A stretch of 64,000 nt of DNA from an uncultured bacterium (lineage in GTDB: Bacteria > Zhuqueibacterota > QNDG01 > DTFT01). Shown here piece by piece: positions 43,225-54,311 of this stretch; the stretch's first letter is position 1; each line of letters begins with the position of its first letter. The DNA lies in contig CAVTNR010000008.1 in assembly GCA_963736115.1 (NCBI GenBank), positions 192,001 through 256,000 on the forward strand, given 5' to 3'. Under the pieces are notes generated by a model that was not told where the DNA came from, made no database searches, and was given only the letters and a program-made list of their open reading frames with translations. The position numbers were made by a program, and so were the translations under genes.

Positions 43225-43989
43225 ATGATTGATCTGCATGCCCACATTCTGCCCGGAATGGACGACGGCCCGTCCGGCATCGAAGAGGCGCTCGCCATGA
43301 TGGAAGCCGGCCGCAGGGACGGCATCACCGGCGCGGTTTGCAGTTCCCACGTGCTCGACCGGTTCGACGTCGCGACCGAGTCCCGGCTGGCCGATGCCTT
43401 TTCGGAACTCCGGAAGCGGGCCGCTCTGGCAGGGGTACGGATGGACCTCTGGCTCGGCGCCGAGATTCACATGAACGTGTCCCTCGATCCGGTGCCCCCG
43501 GCCGCGACGATCGCAGGCGGCGGGAAATACCTTCTGCTCGAATTGCCCCTGAACGACATTCCGCATGACGCGGACGACAAGCTGTTCCAGCTCACGGTCG
43601 CGGGATACAGCCCGATACTGGCACACCCGGAGCGGAACGCCGTGCTCGTGGAGAAGCCCGAGCGCGCATACAATCTGGTCGAGCGCGGTGTGCTCATGCA
43701 GATCAACGCCGGGAGCCTGACGGGCGAATTCGGATACCGGATACGCAAGGCCGCGGAGACTTTGCTCGACCACGGGCTGGTACACTTCATCGGGTCCGAC
43801 TGCCACAATCTGCGGTCCAGGCCCATGCGTCTGTCGGACGCGTTCAAGGCCGCGGCCCGCCGGGCGGGCGACGACACGGCCCGGGAACTGACCGAGGGCA
43901 ATCCCCGCCGCGTCGTGACCGGGGCGCCGGTCTGGATGCCCCGGCCCGTTCCGTTCGCGGCGAAAAAAAGCTGGTTTCGTTTCCGATGA
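43225..43989 (+). CDS. CpsB/CapC-family PHP tyrosine phosphatase
   Basis: MIDLHAHILPGMDDG, AHPERN, GSDCH. Confidence 0.9.
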   Translation: MIDLHAHILPGMDDGPSGIEEALAMMEAGRRDGITGAVCSSHVLDRFDVATESRLADAFSELRKRAALAGVRMDLWLGAEIHMNVSLDPVPPAATIAGGGKYLLLELPLNDIPHDADDKLFQLTVAGYSPILAHPERNAVLVEKPERAYNLVERGVLMQINAGSLTGEFGYRIRKAAETLLDHGLVHFIGSDCHNLRSRPMRLSDAFKAAARRAGDDTARELTEGNPRRVVTGAPVWMPRPVPFAAKKSWFRFR

Positions 43990-44594
43990 AATCCGGGAGG
44001 ATCGTGAAAGACCGTCTGCGGTACATCCGCGAACGCCTCGCCGAAAGCGCGGAAATCAAGAGACAGCTCGCGGAAAAGGGAGCGCAGGACATACTCGAAG
44101 CCGCGGACATGGCCGTTGCATGCCTGAAGGCCGGCGGTAAAATCCTGTTCTGTGGAAACGGCGGCAGCGCGGCGGACAGCCAGCATCTGGCGGCCGAGAT
44201 CGTCGGACGGTTCCGACTCAACCGCGCCGGTCTGGCCGCGGTTGCGCTGACCACGGACACCTCGATTCTCACGGCCATGGCCAATGACTACGGTTTCGAG
44301 GATGTGTTCCGCAGGCAGGTCGAAGCCCTCGGCCGCGATGGCGACCTGCTGGTGGCCCTGTCCACCAGCGGCCGTTCAGCCGGCGTGGTGAAGGCCGCGG
44401 AACAGGCCCGAAAAGCCGGCCTCAAGGTCATCGCCATGACAGGGGAGGACCCGGGGCCGCTGGGCGCGGTCTCGGACCTTGCCATCCGCGTTCCCTCCCG
44501 GGACACGGCCCGCATACAGGAATCGCACATCGCAGCCGGTCATCTGATATGCGATCTGGTCGAACGCGCGTTTTTCGAAACCGGCGCCGAATGA
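43986..44594 (+). CDS. gmhA: D-sedoheptulose 7-phosphate isomerase
   Basis: CGNGGSAADSQH, ANDYG, STSG, TARIQE. Confidence 0.93.
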   Translation: MKSGRIVKDRLRYIRERLAESAEIKRQLAEKGAQDILEAADMAVACLKAGGKILFCGNGGSAADSQHLAAEIVGRFRLNRAGLAAVALTTDTSILTAMANDYGFEDVFRRQVEALGRDGDLLVALSTSGRSAGVVKAAEQARKAGLKVIAMTGEDPGPLGAVSDLAIRVPSRDTARIQESHIAAGHLICDLVERAFFETGAE

Positions 44595-44670
44595 CCGAAT
44601 CGGTTTCGGCCCGTATTCAATCGGGCCGATCCCGTGACTGCGGCCGCGACCGCGGTCGGGGCGGGTTTCC

Positions 44671-46719
44671 ATGATGCCGTCCTTCCTGCACGCGGCTGTG
44701 CTCGCCGGACTCGCTGGCGTTCTCCTTCCGATTTTGATCCACCTTCTCGCCAGGCCCCGCCCCAGAACCGTGGTGTTCAGCCATCTGCGCTTTCTCCGGG
44801 CCGTGCAGGAGCAGAAGGCCCGCTCCTTCAAACTGCGTCGTTTCCTTCTGCTTCTGCTCCGCGTTCTCGCGGCCGCGTTTCTCGTGCTCGCGTTCAGCCG
44901 GCCCTTCATCCCCTCGGGCCGCGCCTCCGCGTCGAAGGGATTGTCCGCCTGGGTCGTGGACCGGTCGGTCAGCCTCATGGCCGAGGACGCATGGGCCGTC
45001 CTCCGAGGACATGCGGCCCGTTTGGCGGGTCTGTCTTCGGCCGGAGAGTCCGTGGCCCTGGAATGGACGCCGCGATCGGGCTCGTCCGGCGACTCCCTGA
45101 CGGACGCGGCATCGGCCGCGGCGGCCGTTGAAAAATCCGATCCTGTCTGGTCCGCCGGTGATGCGGCGGACGCGATCCGGAGAGCCGCAAGAAGAACCGG
45201 CCGCATGCCGGATGCGGATCCGGAAATCTTCCTGCTCACCGACGGACAGGCCTCGGGATTCCGGAACCGCAAACCGTCCGAAGAAATGGAAAAGTGGAAG
45301 GGCACGCTGTTCGTCCTGCCGTTCCGGAACGCGATGGACAACGCGGCCGTGACCGAGGCGGTGGTGGATCCGGCGCCGCTCCGCAGGGACGAACCGCTCC
45401 GTTTACGCGCCGTGATCCGGAATTTCGGAACCGCCGAAATCCGGAGCCGCATGATCCGGTTTTTCATCGGAGACGAGGCCGTGGCGCAGAAAACCGTGGA
45501 CCTGAAGCCCGGCGCGTCGGCCATGGAATCCGTTCCGGTGATGGACGAAACAGCCGGTTTCATACGAGGCAAGGCGCAGTGCCAGGCGGACGCATTCCCG
45601 CAGGATGACGAGCGATTTTTCGCCGCCTACCACAGACCCTTATCCCGTGTCCTGCTGGTCGGCGGTCGGCCGGCCGATCTTTCCCGTTTCCGCTCCGCAT
45701 TGGAGCCGCGGCCGGATTCGCCCTCGCGATTGATGACGGAAGCCCGGACGCCGGACCAGGCCTGGGCAGCAGAACTTGAAAAATCGGACGCGGTTTTCTT
45801 CGTCAACTGCCCGCTCCGGTCCGCGGCGGACGCGTCCAGCCTGCGCCGGTTCATCGAGTCCGGAGGCGGCGCCCTGTTCGTGCCGGGCCCGGATTCGGAC
45901 CTGAGGCGGTGGAACGCATTTCTGTTCACGGCTGGTTGGGGAGATTCCCTGGTCCAGGCAGGAGCGTCCGGCGCCGGATCCGGTTACGTGACGCTCGGAC
46001 CACCGGATCCGGACGAGCCTCTACTCGAAGGCGTGTTTGAACCCGGGTGGACGCCCCGCAGGCCGCCGAAGTTTTTCCGAACCATCCGGCCCGCGGCGGG
46101 CGGCCGGAAAGCGCCGCTGCGCTTCACGGACGGCCATCCCTTCCTGTCTGAATGGCCGCTGGGCCGCGGCAGGCTCATCGTCCTTTCGGGCGGAACGGAT
46201 CCGGATTGGTCCGATTTTGCGACAAGCCCGCTCTTTCCCGCGCTTGCGGCGCGATGCGGCCAGGTGCTGAGCGCGCTCAGGGACGGGACCGCGGGCCGGG
46301 CCTTGACCGGGGACAGCCTGGTGTTCTTCTCCGACCCGGCCGGTTCCGGTGATCGGTTTCAGGTCGAGACACCTTCCGGTGAAAGGGTGTCCGTACTGCC
46401 CCGGCTCTCCGGCGGAAAACTCCGAGCCGTGCTGAAAACAGCGGACAGCCCGGGCCTGTACCGGTTCTTCCGGGACGATTCTATCGAAGCTGTGACCGCG
46501 GTTAATCTGGACCCCGCGGAATCGGATTTCAGGACCATCGACGAAGCGGGCCTTAAAAAGCTCCTGCCATCGGCCCGCATCGTCATGCTGAACGCGAAAG
46601 AGCCCCTGGAAGACCAGATCCGCACCCGCCGCCGCGGTCGGGAGCTGTGGCGGGAGTTGCTCCTCGCGGCTCTTCTCTGTCTGATTGCTGAAACGATTGT
46701 CTCGGCGGTGTGGAAGTAA
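44671..46719 (+). CDS. BatA N-terminal domain membrane protein
   Basis: LPILIHL..F..LRFL BatA-type N-terminus, degenerate vWA (DRS, LLTDGQ), C-terminal ESD..ELW..E motif. Confidence 0.75.
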   Translation: MMPSFLHAAVLAGLAGVLLPILIHLLARPRPRTVVFSHLRFLRAVQEQKARSFKLRRFLLLLLRVLAAAFLVLAFSRPFIPSGRASASKGLSAWVVDRSVSLMAEDAWAVLRGHAARLAGLSSAGESVALEWTPRSGSSGDSLTDAASAAAAVEKSDPVWSAGDAADAIRRAARRTGRMPDADPEIFLLTDGQASGFRNRKPSEEMEKWKGTLFVLPFRNAMDNAAVTEAVVDPAPLRRDEPLRLRAVIRNFGTAEIRSRMIRFFIGDEAVAQKTVDLKPGASAMESVPVMDETAGFIRGKAQCQADAFPQDDERFFAAYHRPLSRVLLVGGRPADLSRFRSALEPRPDSPSRLMTEARTPDQAWAAELEKSDAVFFVNCPLRSAADASSLRRFIESGGGALFVPGPDSDLRRWNAFLFTAGWGDSLVQAGASGAGSGYVTLGPPDPDEPLLEGVFEPGWTPRRPPKFFRTIRPAAGGRKAPLRFTDGHPFLSEWPLGRGRLIVLSGGTDPDWSDFATSPLFPALAARCGQVLSALRDGTAGRALTGDSLVFFSDPAGSGDRFQVETPSGERVSVLPRLSGGKLRAVLKTADSPGLYRFFRDDSIEAVTAVNLDPAESDFRTIDEAGLKKLLPSARIVMLNAKEPLEDQIRTRRRGRELWRELLLAALLCLIAETIVSAVWK

Positions 46720-46725
46720 AAAAAA

Positions 46726-46864
46726 GTTCATAGTTCATGGTTCATAGTTCATAGAAACTGAATTCATGTTACAGTCTCAGAGAACATTCATTTTCAAGTT
46801 TTTTACCATCTTTTTTATTTGTATTTTTTCTGAACTATGGACCATGAACTATGAACTATGAACT
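46726..46864. repeat. Inverted heptamer array with long AT-rich spacer
   Basis: (TTCATAG)4..(CTATGAA)4-5. Confidence 0.85.
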
Positions 46865-46909
46865 CCAAGCATTAAACTTATAACTCAACAAGAACGGTAC
46901 ACTGATCGC

Positions 46910-48183
46910 ATGCAGCACATCACTCAAACGAATAAAAAAGAAAAAGCCATCCTCGTCGGCGTGGTTCTGCCCGGGCTGCGCCGCCACCAGGCCCTGGAGC
47001 ATCTCGACGAGCTGGCCCTGCTCGCGGACACGGCAGGCGCCATTGTCGTGGGCCGCGAAATCCAGGAAATCAAGTCGCCGCACCCCGCGACCCTGATCGG
47101 CAAGGGCAAGGTCCAAACAGTCGCCCGGCTCGCCGAGGAACTGGAAGCGGACGTGGTGCTCTTTGACGAGGACCTGACGCCCGTGCAGGCCAAGAATCTC
47201 GAGAAGGAAATCAAAAAGCGCATCGTGGACCGGAGCGGCCTCATTTTGGACATATTCGCCCGCCGGGCGCACACGGCCGAGGCCCAGGCCCAGGTCGCCC
47301 TGGCCCAGCTCCAATACCTCCTGCCCAGGCTGACGCGCCAGTGGTCGCATCTCGAGCGCCAGGAGGGCGCCATCGGCACGCGCGGGCCCGGTGAAACCCA
47401 GCTGGAGACCGACCGCAGGCTCATCCACAAGCGCATCGGACTGCTCAAGGATGAACTCGAGAAAATCAAGCTCCAGCGCGACGTGCGCCGCAGGCGGCGC
47501 GACGCTCTGCAGAAGGCCGCGCTGGTCGGATACACCAACGCGGGAAAGTCGAGCCTGCTCAACGCGCTGGCCGGTTCCGGGGTGCACGTCGAGGACCGGC
47601 TGTTCGCCACGCTCGACGCCACGGTGCGCACCCTGGCCCTGTCGCGCAACGACAAGGTCCTGCTCATCGACACGGTCGGGTTCATCCGCAAGCTCCCCGC
47701 GCACCTGGTGGCGTCGTTCCGGTCCACGCTCGAAGAGGCCGCGGAAGCCGACGTCCTGCTCCACGTCATCGACGCGAGCCACCCGAACCTCGATGATCAC
47801 GTGGGAACGGTGCAGCAGGTGCTGGACGAACTGGGCCTGGCGGACCGGCCGGTGATTCCGGTGTTCAACAAGATCGACCTGCTCGAGGACGGCCGCTTCA
47901 TCGACACGCTGGCCAGGCGCTTTCCGGGAGCGGTGTTTGTGTCCGCGCTGAGGGGCATCGGGCTGGAAAAACTCCGCCGCGCGATCGCAGAACGCTTCGA
48001 AGCGGACCGCGAGATCATGAATATACGCATCCCGTTCACGCGGCCCGAACTGCTCGCGGCCGTGCACGGAATGGCCGAAATCCTCGAGAAGCGCTTCGAG
48101 GAGGACGGGGCCGTGCTGGTGCTCCGGGCGTCCGGGCCGAACGCGGAACGCATCCGCGAAATGCTCTCCGGGGAGGAGAAGCC

Positions 48184-48196
<13 letters not shown>
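46910..48196 (+). CDS. hflX: GTPase HflX
   Basis: GPGETQLE, GYTNAGKS, LFATLD, DTVGF, NKID. Confidence 0.96.
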
Positions 48197-49542
<1,346 letters not shown>

Positions 49543-49544
49543 TA

Positions 49545-49593
49545 TGTGTTAAATCACCACAATGTGTTCATCCCCCTGTGTCTATTCGCCACA
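49545..49593. promoter_or_regulatory. Putative enhancer (activator-binding) sites
   Basis: TGTGTTAAATCACCACA and TGTGTCTATTCGCCACA, 32 bp apart, about 90-140 bp upstream of a sigma54 site. Confidence 0.55.
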
Positions 49594-49681
49594 CATTCAT
49601 CTTCATTCATTATTCACACCTACCGCCATAATTCAATATTTATCTTATCTTTAAACTCTTTTCTGCAAACCTGTTTTTCCA

Positions 49682-49696
49682 TGGTATGACGATTGC
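49682..49696 (+). promoter_or_regulatory. Sigma54 (-24/-12) promoter
   Basis: TGGTATGACGATTGC, exact GG-N10-GC spacing. Confidence 0.7.
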
Positions 49697-49747
49697 CTGA
49701 TGCATGCCCGTGAGTATCCATTCCACCCCATGTTTCCGGAGGTCGCC

Positions 49748-51097
49748 ATGCAACGCAATGTGATGAAACAAGTGCTCTTCCTGGTTTTTCTGGCTGCCGT
49801 ACTGGTTCTCCTGATGGGATTCTGGCTGGTGACAGCCGCGAATGCCGAACCGCCCCAGGCGCCTGCCCCGGGTGTCGGAAAAACCATTTTCACTGAAAAC
49901 CTGATCCCCGGCCCGTGGAACGATTGGGAAGAGGATGAAGATGAAGACGCAGACCGGGATGACGGTTTCCGGAAGCGCCGCCGCGGGAAACAGGAGATGG
50001 CCGTCGATGTGAAATACAACCGCGTGGAGGGGCTCTATCTCGGCACCCGGCTCGACAGGGACGACGGCCGGAGCTGGGGGCGGCGGACCCGGCGGCCGAA
50101 TCTGCTGTTCGGATCGTGGGGATACGCGTTCAAGGCCAAGGAATTCCTGTACCAGGCCGGTCTGGAAAAGGGATTCTTCGATGCCTTCCGTCTGGCCGTG
50201 GGCGGCGAATACCACCGGCAGATTCTCACGCCGGATCTGTGGATCATGCCCGAGGAGGAGAACACCGCGGCCGCCATTCTGATCAAGGAGGATTTCCACG
50301 ATTTTTATATGGCTGAGGGCGGGAGCGGCTGGATCAGCCAGAATGTCCTGCCCGATCTCAGGATTTCGGCGATTTACCTCAGCGAAAAGACGGACTCGCT
50401 GGAGGCGGTCGCGAACTGGGCGCTGTTCGGCGGCAAGAAGAAGTTCCGGGAGAATCCGGCCATGGACGCGGGCGAGTTCAAAACCCTCACCGGCCGCGTC
50501 GTCTGGGACACGCGGAACAGTGTCCGGCGCACCACGCGCGGCTGGTACATCCAGGCGGAAGGCGAGCACGCGGGCGGAGGGCTGGGCGGCGACTTTGAAT
50601 TCGACCGCTTTCTCGCGGACGTGCGCCGCTACCAGCCGCTGGGATACGGCGAGGGCGTGGATGCGCGGGTGCGCGTCGGCACTTCGAAGGGTGTTCTGCC
50701 CTGGGAGCGCGCTTTCTGGCTCGGCGGCGTGTCCACTTTACGCGGATTCAAACACAAGGCCTTCCCGGCCGGGTGGAAGAACCCGGGCGGAAACCGGATG
50801 TTCCTGGCCCAGCTCGAGTACCGGATGGGCAGTGAGGACCTGCCCGACGCGGTGGATCTCGGCCTGCTCGAGGAATTCAACCTGATCGCGTTCACGGACG
50901 CGGGCTGGGTGGGCCAGGCCGAATCGGAAGAAGGTCCGGCCGAAGGCTTCGAAGACCTGTCGATTAAAACCCTGAAGAACGATGTGGGCCTGGCCCTGGC
51001 CAATAGGAGCGGAAGCGTCCGGTTCGAGGTCGCACGCCGCACGGACACGTCGGAGAAGCCCTACAGCCTGTGGTTCCGGTTCAACCGGACGTTTTAG
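49748..51097 (+). CDS. Omp85/BamA-TamA-like outer membrane protein
   Basis: YNRVEG, FWLGGVSTLRGF, GNR, FTDAG, terminal F; GGAGG RBS. Confidence 0.75.
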   Translation: MQRNVMKQVLFLVFLAAVLVLLMGFWLVTAANAEPPQAPAPGVGKTIFTENLIPGPWNDWEEDEDEDADRDDGFRKRRRGKQEMAVDVKYNRVEGLYLGTRLDRDDGRSWGRRTRRPNLLFGSWGYAFKAKEFLYQAGLEKGFFDAFRLAVGGEYHRQILTPDLWIMPEEENTAAAILIKEDFHDFYMAEGGSGWISQNVLPDLRISAIYLSEKTDSLEAVANWALFGGKKKFRENPAMDAGEFKTLTGRVVWDTRNSVRRTTRGWYIQAEGEHAGGGLGGDFEFDRFLADVRRYQPLGYGEGVDARVRVGTSKGVLPWERAFWLGGVSTLRGFKHKAFPAGWKNPGGNRMFLAQLEYRMGSEDLPDAVDLGLLEEFNLIAFTDAGWVGQAESEEGPAEGFEDLSIKTLKNDVGLALANRSGSVRFEVARRTDTSEKPYSLWFRFNRTF

Positions 51098-51214
51098 ATC
51101 CTCTGCAAGTGCGGCGCATCTTTAAGGTGCGTCGCACTTGTTTGAAACCCGGGCCTGTCCGGACCGTATACTCAGACACAAGATGCGCATTATTTCGTTA
51201 TAAGGAGAGCCGCG

Positions 51215-52098
51215 ATGAAGAGGAGATGGATTCTGCTGATACTCGTTCCGCTATGCGTGGCGATTCCGGCGGCCGCGGATGACCCGGACGACCCGGATGA
51301 CGGATATAAGCGCGATCGCCAGGCGATTTCCGCGGACGGCCTGAAACACCTGACCGTGGAAGTGGATGTCACCGTCGGCGAACTGGTGATCGAGCGGAAC
51401 GACGGCTCCGACAGCCTGATCGCGTTAATGGAATACAAGGGGAGGGATTACCGTTCGAAGATCGATCTGGACGCGGAAAAAGGCCGGGCTCTGATCCGGC
51501 TCAAGAAGAGGGACTGGCGGCACGGGAATTCGAACAGAGACGACAGGCCGTCGCCCCGCGTGACCGTCCTTCTGCCGGCGGGACCGGAAACCATTCTGGA
51601 AGCGCCGGCTGAAGGCGGGCGAGGCCGATCTCCAGCTGGGCGGGCTCCGTCTGCGCGAGACCGTGATCAGTATCTGGGCCGGCGAGCTCGAATGTGGATT
51701 TCGACAGGCCCAATCTCATTCCCATGGACTACCTGGAGATCAATCCGAAAATCGGCGAGGCCAGCCTGCGCAATCTGGCGAACGCGCGGAGCCGCGAGAC
51801 CGACATCGACGCGGGCATCGGTGAATTGACCGCGGATTTCAGGGGCTCCGCGGAGCCCGACAGCCGGGTCCGCATCGACCATGACATCGGCGAAACCACG
51901 GTGCTCCTGCCGGATTCCGCGGCGGTACGCTACGGCGTCGGAGGCGCCACGGGGTTCATGTCCCACAAGATGCTGCCTTCCGGATTCACGGACCGGGGCC
52001 GCTACCGGTACAGCGACGATTTCGACCGGTTTACCAACCGTTCCACCTTCATTATCACACCCGGATTGGGCGAGCTCCGGGTGGACAGGAGTGAATGA
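51215..52098 (+). CDS. Exported toast-rack/DUF2154-like beta-repeat protein; two +1 frameshifts near 51606 and 51690
   Basis: Signal peptide; repeated xGEL/xGEA units continue across the frames; length minus 2 is a multiple of 3. Confidence 0.55.
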
Positions 52099-53099
52099 CC
52101 ATGGACGGACGGAAATCCATCATCCTGTGCCTCGTTGCCGGCGCCGCGATGTCTCTGAATGCGGGTGAATCGAGCCGGTCCGACGAGAAAACATTCGATC
52201 TGAAGCCTGGAGGCTCGGTCACGGTGCTGGCGGATGAGGGGGACGTGGTCGTGCGGGGCTGGGACCGCGAGGAAGCGAGGATCAGGACCCGGGTTACGGT
52301 CCGGGCCAGGCGCCGCGAGGACGCGGAGAATCTGCTGAAACGCATCAAGCCCGATATCCGCCTGGAAAACGGCCGCCTGATTCGTTCGGGAACCGGAGTT
52401 CGGCCGGGACGGCGGTTCGGGTTTCTTCGATCTGCTGGACGGCGGGTTCGGGGACGGCGGAAGCGATTTCAGCATCGACTACAGCCTCGACGTGCCGGTG
52501 CCACGGACGTCCGCGTGGACGCGGACGAGGGCGACATCGACCTGTCGGGCCTGTCCGGCCGCATCGACGTGGTGGCCGACGAGGGCGACGTGAAGATCGA
52601 AAACCTGGAACTGACCGGCGGCCGCATCGAGGCGGACGAAAGCAATTTGCGGATCCGGAACATCCGGCGTTCCGGCGAGGCCCGCCTGACGATCAGCGTG
52701 GACGAGGCCGACATCCTGCTGGCCGACGTATCCGTGGCCTTCCTTGAAGCGGAAGCGGATGAGGGGAACGTGGTCCTGGAGAACGTGACTGCCGGGTCTT
52801 TCCGCCTGTCCGCGGACGAGGGCAATATCATCGCGGATTTCACGCCGGACGGCGAGGGCCCTTTCCACGCCGAGGCGGACGAAGGGGATGTGCGGCTGAT
52901 GGTCCCGGAGGACGCGTCCCTGGACGTGGACTGCAGGAGCGACGAGGGCGATACGCGGTCTGATTTCGACCTCGATCGCAAGAGAACCGAGGAAGGGGGC
53001 AGGCTGCACGGCCGAATCGGAGGAGGACGAGCCCCGCTCCGCGTCATCGTATCCGAGGGCAATATCACTTTGATGCGCAGGACGGGAAACAACCGATAG
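52095..53099 (+). CDS. DUF4097-like beta-strand repeat protein
   Basis: Signal peptide, many ADEGD/N repeats; probable compensating indels near 52381 and 52496. Confidence 0.7.
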   Translation: MTMDGRKSIILCLVAGAAMSLNAGESSRSDEKTFDLKPGGSVTVLADEGDVVVRGWDREEARIRTRVTVRARRREDAENLLKRIKPDIRLENGRLIRSGTGVRPGRRFGFLRSAGRRVRGRRKRFQHRLQPRRAGATDVRVDADEGDIDLSGLSGRIDVVADEGDVKIENLELTGGRIEADESNLRIRNIRRSGEARLTISVDEADILLADVSVAFLEAEADEGNVVLENVTAGSFRLSADEGNIIADFTPDGEGPFHAEADEGDVRLMVPEDASLDVDCRSDEGDTRSDFDLDRKRTEEGGRLHGRIGGGRAPLRVIVSEGNITLMRRTGNNR

Positions 53100-53201
53100 C
53101 CGCGGGCCTTCAATTATTCAATAAGATAATTGCTTGGTCCCTTGTGGACTTTAGTCCGCGCTTCTTCACATCTCAATTCAGGCAAAACGGAGGATCCATT
53201 T

Positions 53202-54008
53202 ATGAAACGAACGGTATTGTCAATCCTGGCCCTGTCTCTCCTGTCCGCTGCCGCTCTCCCCGCGTCCGTACGGGAGAAGCGGACCTACGAGGAATCCTGC
53301 GGCTGGAAGGCCGGGGAAACCGTCATCGTGGAGAACGTCAACGGCAACATTTCGGTGGAAGCCTGGGACAAGGAAACCGTGGAAGCGGTCGCGGACGTTG
53401 AATTCCGCGGCAGGCGCGGGCGCACCGTCGAGGACGTCATCGAGGAAACGTCCCTGCGGGTCGAGCGCACGGCGGAAGGCATTCGCGTGCGGCTGTCCAG
53501 GCCGCGCGCCACGGACGGCGCGTCCGATTTCTGGGGCTGGGTTTTCGGCGGCGGCTCGCGCGTGAACGTGAATGCGCAGTTCCGGGTTCGCGTGCCTGCG
53601 CCCGCGAATGTCGAAGCCGAGACCACGAACGGGAACTGTTCGGTGACCGGCGTGCGGGGTCAAGTTGACATCGGAACCACGAACGGAAACGCGGATGCGG
53701 ACGATACGGCCGGATCCGTGGATGCGTCTTCCACCAACGGCGACATCCGCGTATCCGTCCGGTCATTGCCCGAAAAGGCACGTGTGTCGTGCCGCACCAC
53801 CAACGGGAGCGTGCGCCTGTCCCTTCCCGCCAAAATCAACGCGGACGTGGATCTGTCCACGACCAACGGCCATGTGAAATCTTCCTACCCGATCACCATG
53901 GAAGGCGGGTTTTCGGGTAAGCACATCACCGGCCGGATCGGCGACGGCGGCGCGTCCATCCGCTGTTCCACGACCAATGGAAACGTGGATCTGACCGAAG
54001 GGCTGTAA
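53202..54008 (+). CDS. DUF4097-like beta-strand repeat protein
   Basis: Signal peptide, repeated TTNG motifs, GRIGDGG. Confidence 0.8.
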   Translation: MKRTVLSILALSLLSAAALPASVREKRTYEESCGWKAGETVIVENVNGNISVEAWDKETVEAVADVEFRGRRGRTVEDVIEETSLRVERTAEGIRVRLSRPRATDGASDFWGWVFGGGSRVNVNAQFRVRVPAPANVEAETTNGNCSVTGVRGQVDIGTTNGNADADDTAGSVDASSTNGDIRVSVRSLPEKARVSCRTTNGSVRLSLPAKINADVDLSTTNGHVKSSYPITMEGGFSGKHITGRIGDGGASIRCSTTNGNVDLTEGL

Positions 54009-54046
54009 TTGAACCAGCCCCGAGATCGACAGAGATTATTATAAAT

Positions 54047-54243
54047 GTCATTCCCGCAATCTTTTAGCGGGAATCCAGGGGTGGGGTGGTCAAAATCTCG
54101 ATAGCCATGATCGCCCCGGGGCTCTGCTCCGGGGCGAATTCATATGTGCCGGTGCTCCGGAAGGGGGTGTCATTCCCGTAAAATGGACCAAGCAATCATA
54201 TTTGCACATTATTGAAGGCCCGCAATCTCTTAGCGGGAATCCA
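54047..54243. repeat. Two GTCATTCCCG..GCGGGAATCCA palindromic elements
   Basis: Copies at 54047-54077 and 54169-54243; relatives at 30575, 30825, 42040. Confidence 0.7.
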
Positions 54244-54311
54244 GGGGCGGAGTGGGCTGAAGATAATAATCGTCCTGGATTCTTTATCCCGGACGCACGA
54301 AAGGACACGCA

